Assembly: GCA_051313645.2 (NCBI GenBank)
Contig: JBNRSN020000010.1
Span: 94,736,001-94,800,000 of the forward strand
Direction: 5' to 3'
Length of the DNA stretch: 64,000 nucleotides
Source: Centroscyllium fabricii
Lineage: Eukaryota
In this document: in pieces, positions 61,156-64,000 of the stretch
Numbering within the stretch: position 1 is the first letter of the stretch
Layout: the number at the start of each line of letters is the position of its first letter
The notes under the pieces: model-generated
Database searches by the model: none
Told to the model about the DNA's origin: nothing
What the model saw: the letters and a program-made list of their open reading frames with translations, nothing else
Translations under genes and position numbers: made by a program

Positions 61156-63485
61156 TAAGAACATAAGAAATAGGAGCAGGAGTAGGCCAATCGGCCCCTC
61201 GAGCCTGCTCCACCATTCAACAAGATCATGGCTGATCTGATCCTAACCTCAATTTTATTTTTACTCTCCATCCCGCCCAAACCCACGTGATCACCCGGGA
61301 GGCGAAAAACCAGATAAAAAACCCAGTGGCCAATATGGGAGAAAAAATCTGGGAAATTCCTCTCCGACCCATCTAGGCGATCGAAAACTGGTCCAGGAGA
61401 TCACATGGCCAATCTGAACCTAGCCTCATGTCCACTTACCTGCCCGCTCACCATAACCCCTAATTCCCTTTACTTCCAGGAAACTGTGTCTGTTTTAAAT
61501 TTATTCAATGTAGTAGCTTCCACAGCTCTCTGGGGCAGCGAATTCCACAGCCCCACCACCCTCTGAGTGAAGAAGTTTCTCCTTATCTCAGTTTTGAAAT
61601 GGCAGCCCCTTATTTTAAGATTATGACCCCTAGTCCTAGTTTCACCCACCATTGGGAACATCCTCACCGCATCCACCCGATCAAGCCCTCTCACAATCTT
61701 ATATGTTTCAACAAGATCGCCTCTCATTCTTCTGAACTCCAATGAGTAGAGGCCCAATCTACTCAACCTCTCGTCATATGTCACCCCCGATCCCCGGAAT
61801 TAACCTAGTGAACCTTCTTTGCACTGACTCGAGAGCAAGTATGTCCTTTCTTAAATATGGATACCAGAACTGCACGCAGTACTCCAGGTGTGGTCTCATC
61901 AATACCCTGTACAATTGCAGCAAGACCTCCCTGTTTTTATACTCCATCCCCTAAGCAATAAAAGCCAACATTCTGTTGGCCTTCCTGACCACCTGCTGCA
62001 CCTGCATACTAACTTTTTGTGTTTCCTGCACCAGGACCCCCAGATCCCTTTGCACTGAAGTACTTTCCAGTTTCTTTCCATTTAGATAATAACTCGCTCT
62101 ATTATTTTTCCTGCCAAAGTGCATAACTTCACACTTTTCAGTATTATATTCCATCTGCCAAATCTCTGCCCACTCACTTAGCCTATCTATGTCCTTTTGC
62201 AGGTTTTTAATGTCCTCCTCACTCATCACACTCCCTCCCATCTTTGTGTCATCCGCAAACTTTGTAATGTTGCACTTGTTCCCTTCCTCCAAATCATTAA
62301 TATAGATTGTAAAGAGTTGCGGTCCCAGCACCGACCCTTGCGGAACACCACTCGTCACTGACTGCCAGTCTGAGAACGAACCATTTATCCCAACTCTCTG
62401 CTTTCAGTTTGAAAGCCAATCCTCCACCCATGCCAGAATATTACCCCCAATCCTGTGATTTTTTTATCTCGAGTAATAATCTTTTGTGTGGCACCTTGTC
62501 AAATGCCTTTTGGAGGTCTAAATACAGGTTGCGCACCGGAAATCCGGCACGGGCGGGACCAGGCCCGTGCCGGGAAAGTGAAAAAAACGGCAGAATGAAG
62601 TCGGTCAGTGCGCATGCGTGCACCATGAAAAATGGCCGCGGGCATGCGCACAACATTGGAAATGGCCGCCGAACGTCTTTGTGGAGTCTCAGCTGCGGTT
62701 TGTTGCTTATGATGACGGCCTGCAGGCTGCTCCGGGAAACCGCACGCTTCACCTTGGCGGGCGCTCGGGACTCGCAAATTCAAAACATGGCGCGAGTCGC
62801 CGCGCCCTGACGCCATGGAAGGCCCAGCGGCCATTTTGAATGATCTGCGCATGCGCTAGCCGTCCGGCGGCTGCCATCTTGCGCATGCGCAGTGCAGTCG
62901 GGGCAATTTGTTCTGGCAGACTGAAGTTGCCGGCGTTTTGGGTCACGGATATTCGGTGCACAACCTGTACACTACATCCACTGGTTCCCCTTTATCCACC
63001 CTGTATGTTATGTCCTCAAAGAACCCTAGCAAATTTCTCAAACATGACTTCCCCTTTGTAAAACTATGCTGACTTTGTCCCATTATATGATGTTTATCCA
63101 AATGCCCTGTTACTGTTTCCTTAATAATGGATTCTAACATTTTGCCAACCACAGATGTTAAGCTAACTGGTCTATAATTTCCAGCCTTCCGTCTACTACC
63201 CTTTTTAAATAAAGGCGTTACATTAGCAGTTTTCCAATCTGCCGGGACCTTTGCCGAGTCCAGAGAGTTTTGAAAAATTATTACCAATGCATCCACAATC
63301 CCTACTGCCACTTCCCTCAAGACCCTAGGATGTAAGCCATCAGGTCCAGGGGATTTATCCGCCTTAAGTCCCATTATTTTACTGAGTACCACTTCTTTAG
63401 TGACTTTAATCGTAATTAGCTCCTCCCCCCAGAGCCCCCTGTTTATCCAGTGTTTGGATATTTTGAGTGTCCTCTACTGTAAAGA
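61156..63485 (-). mobile_element. CR1 LINE, about 1.9 kb of ORF2 and 3' UTR, interrupted by a MITE
   Basis: KSPGPDGLHPRVL, NYRPVSLTSVVGK, GVPQGSVLGPQLF, KFADDTK and RMRGDLVETYK; tail TTCTTATGTTCTTAT. Confidence 0.95.
62525..62967. mobile_element. pogo/Tigger-like MITE (copy B), TA target duplication
   Basis: TA|CAGGTTGCGCACCGGAAATCCG ... CGGATATTCGGTGCACAACCTG|TA, TIR match 19/22. Removing it restores CR1 VDVVYLDLQKAFDKVPH. Confidence 0.92.
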
Positions 63486-63568
63486 TTGCATAAACAAGGT
63501 ACTGCCTAGCTTTAACTTATTCTGTCGCTACCAGTCTCGGACCAGTAGCTACAGTATAAATGCAACCT

Positions 63569-63818
63569 TGTGGCGGTACGCCGACTGACGAATCCGCCTC
63601 GGGAGTTCTGCGGGGCATAGACCCACCCACCGGGTGACGCGATGATGTCACCACGTCTCTCGGCGTGATGAGGTCACTAAGCGGGTAGTTTAAATAAGCC
63701 TGCTCCTCGTGGTTCAGTCTCTTTCTTGCTATGTAGTGTTAATTAAACAAGTGTTATCTGTCTCTCCGGCTCCTGTGTGGTTCTTGGGTCCTGCAAGCGC
63801 TACAGTGGTGACCCCGAC
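63569..63818 (+). mobile_element. 5' LTR (63569-63804) and tRNA-Trp PBS of a third Gypsy element
   Basis: TGTGGCG...CGCTACA termini followed by G-TGGTGACCCCGAC; related to the LTR ending at 1482. Confidence 0.9.
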
Positions 63819-63895
63819 TTGGAACGTCTTCCAAGGAGAAAACAGCAGCTACAGGACTGAAAACCAAGCAGCCTCAGAACACTTCCAAAAACAAC

Positions 63896-64000
63896 ATGTC
63901 TTCAAGAAACCAAGCTTCTCGATCACAAGGACTTGGCCAGAACCCCGGGCACAGACTAACTCTACCGGAGTTCTGGGAGCAACGCCCGGCAGCGTGGTTT
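63896..64000 (+). CDS. Start of Gypsy gag, truncated by the window edge
   Basis: MSSRNQASRSQGLGQNPGHRLTLPEFWEQRPAAWF is homologous to LKLPSFWEQQAPTWF of the element at 56126. Confidence 0.8.
   Translation, partial: MSSRNQASRSQGLGQNPGHRLTLPEFWEQRPAAWF

Overview
Vertebrate genomic DNA, most likely from a cartilaginous fish (inferred from HE1-type V-SINE, SacSINE1-like DeuSINEs and abundant CR1 LINEs). It contains the complete two-exon FOXA1 gene (+ strand, 15517-17502) in a TE-poor, CpG-retaining domain. Facing it are the last two coding exons of MIPOL1 (- strand), the same convergent arrangement as in mammals. The rest is transposon-rich: a full-length decayed Gypsy element with both LTRs, PBS, PPT and a 4-bp TSD; two partial Gypsy elements at the window edges; many CR1 fragments; a 5'-inverted Vingi/Ingi-like LINE; PIF/Harbinger-type and pogo/Tigger-type MITEs; LF-SINE-like relics; and Penelope-like fragments. 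Strongest leads: (1) two divergent Tigger-like MITEs sit at essentially the same site, in the same orientation, in the RT-coding motif of two different CR1 LINEs, suggesting a LINE-targeting DNA transposon; (2) Penelope-like ends carry minimal hammerhead-ribozyme motifs with variable loop II, and solo ~34-bp tail micro-insertions have their own TSDs; (3) a uORF overlaps the FOXA1 start; (4) a 45-bp module is duplicated between FOXA1 and MIPOL1. All calls were made by eye without database searches, and repeat boundaries are approximate unless termini are quoted.
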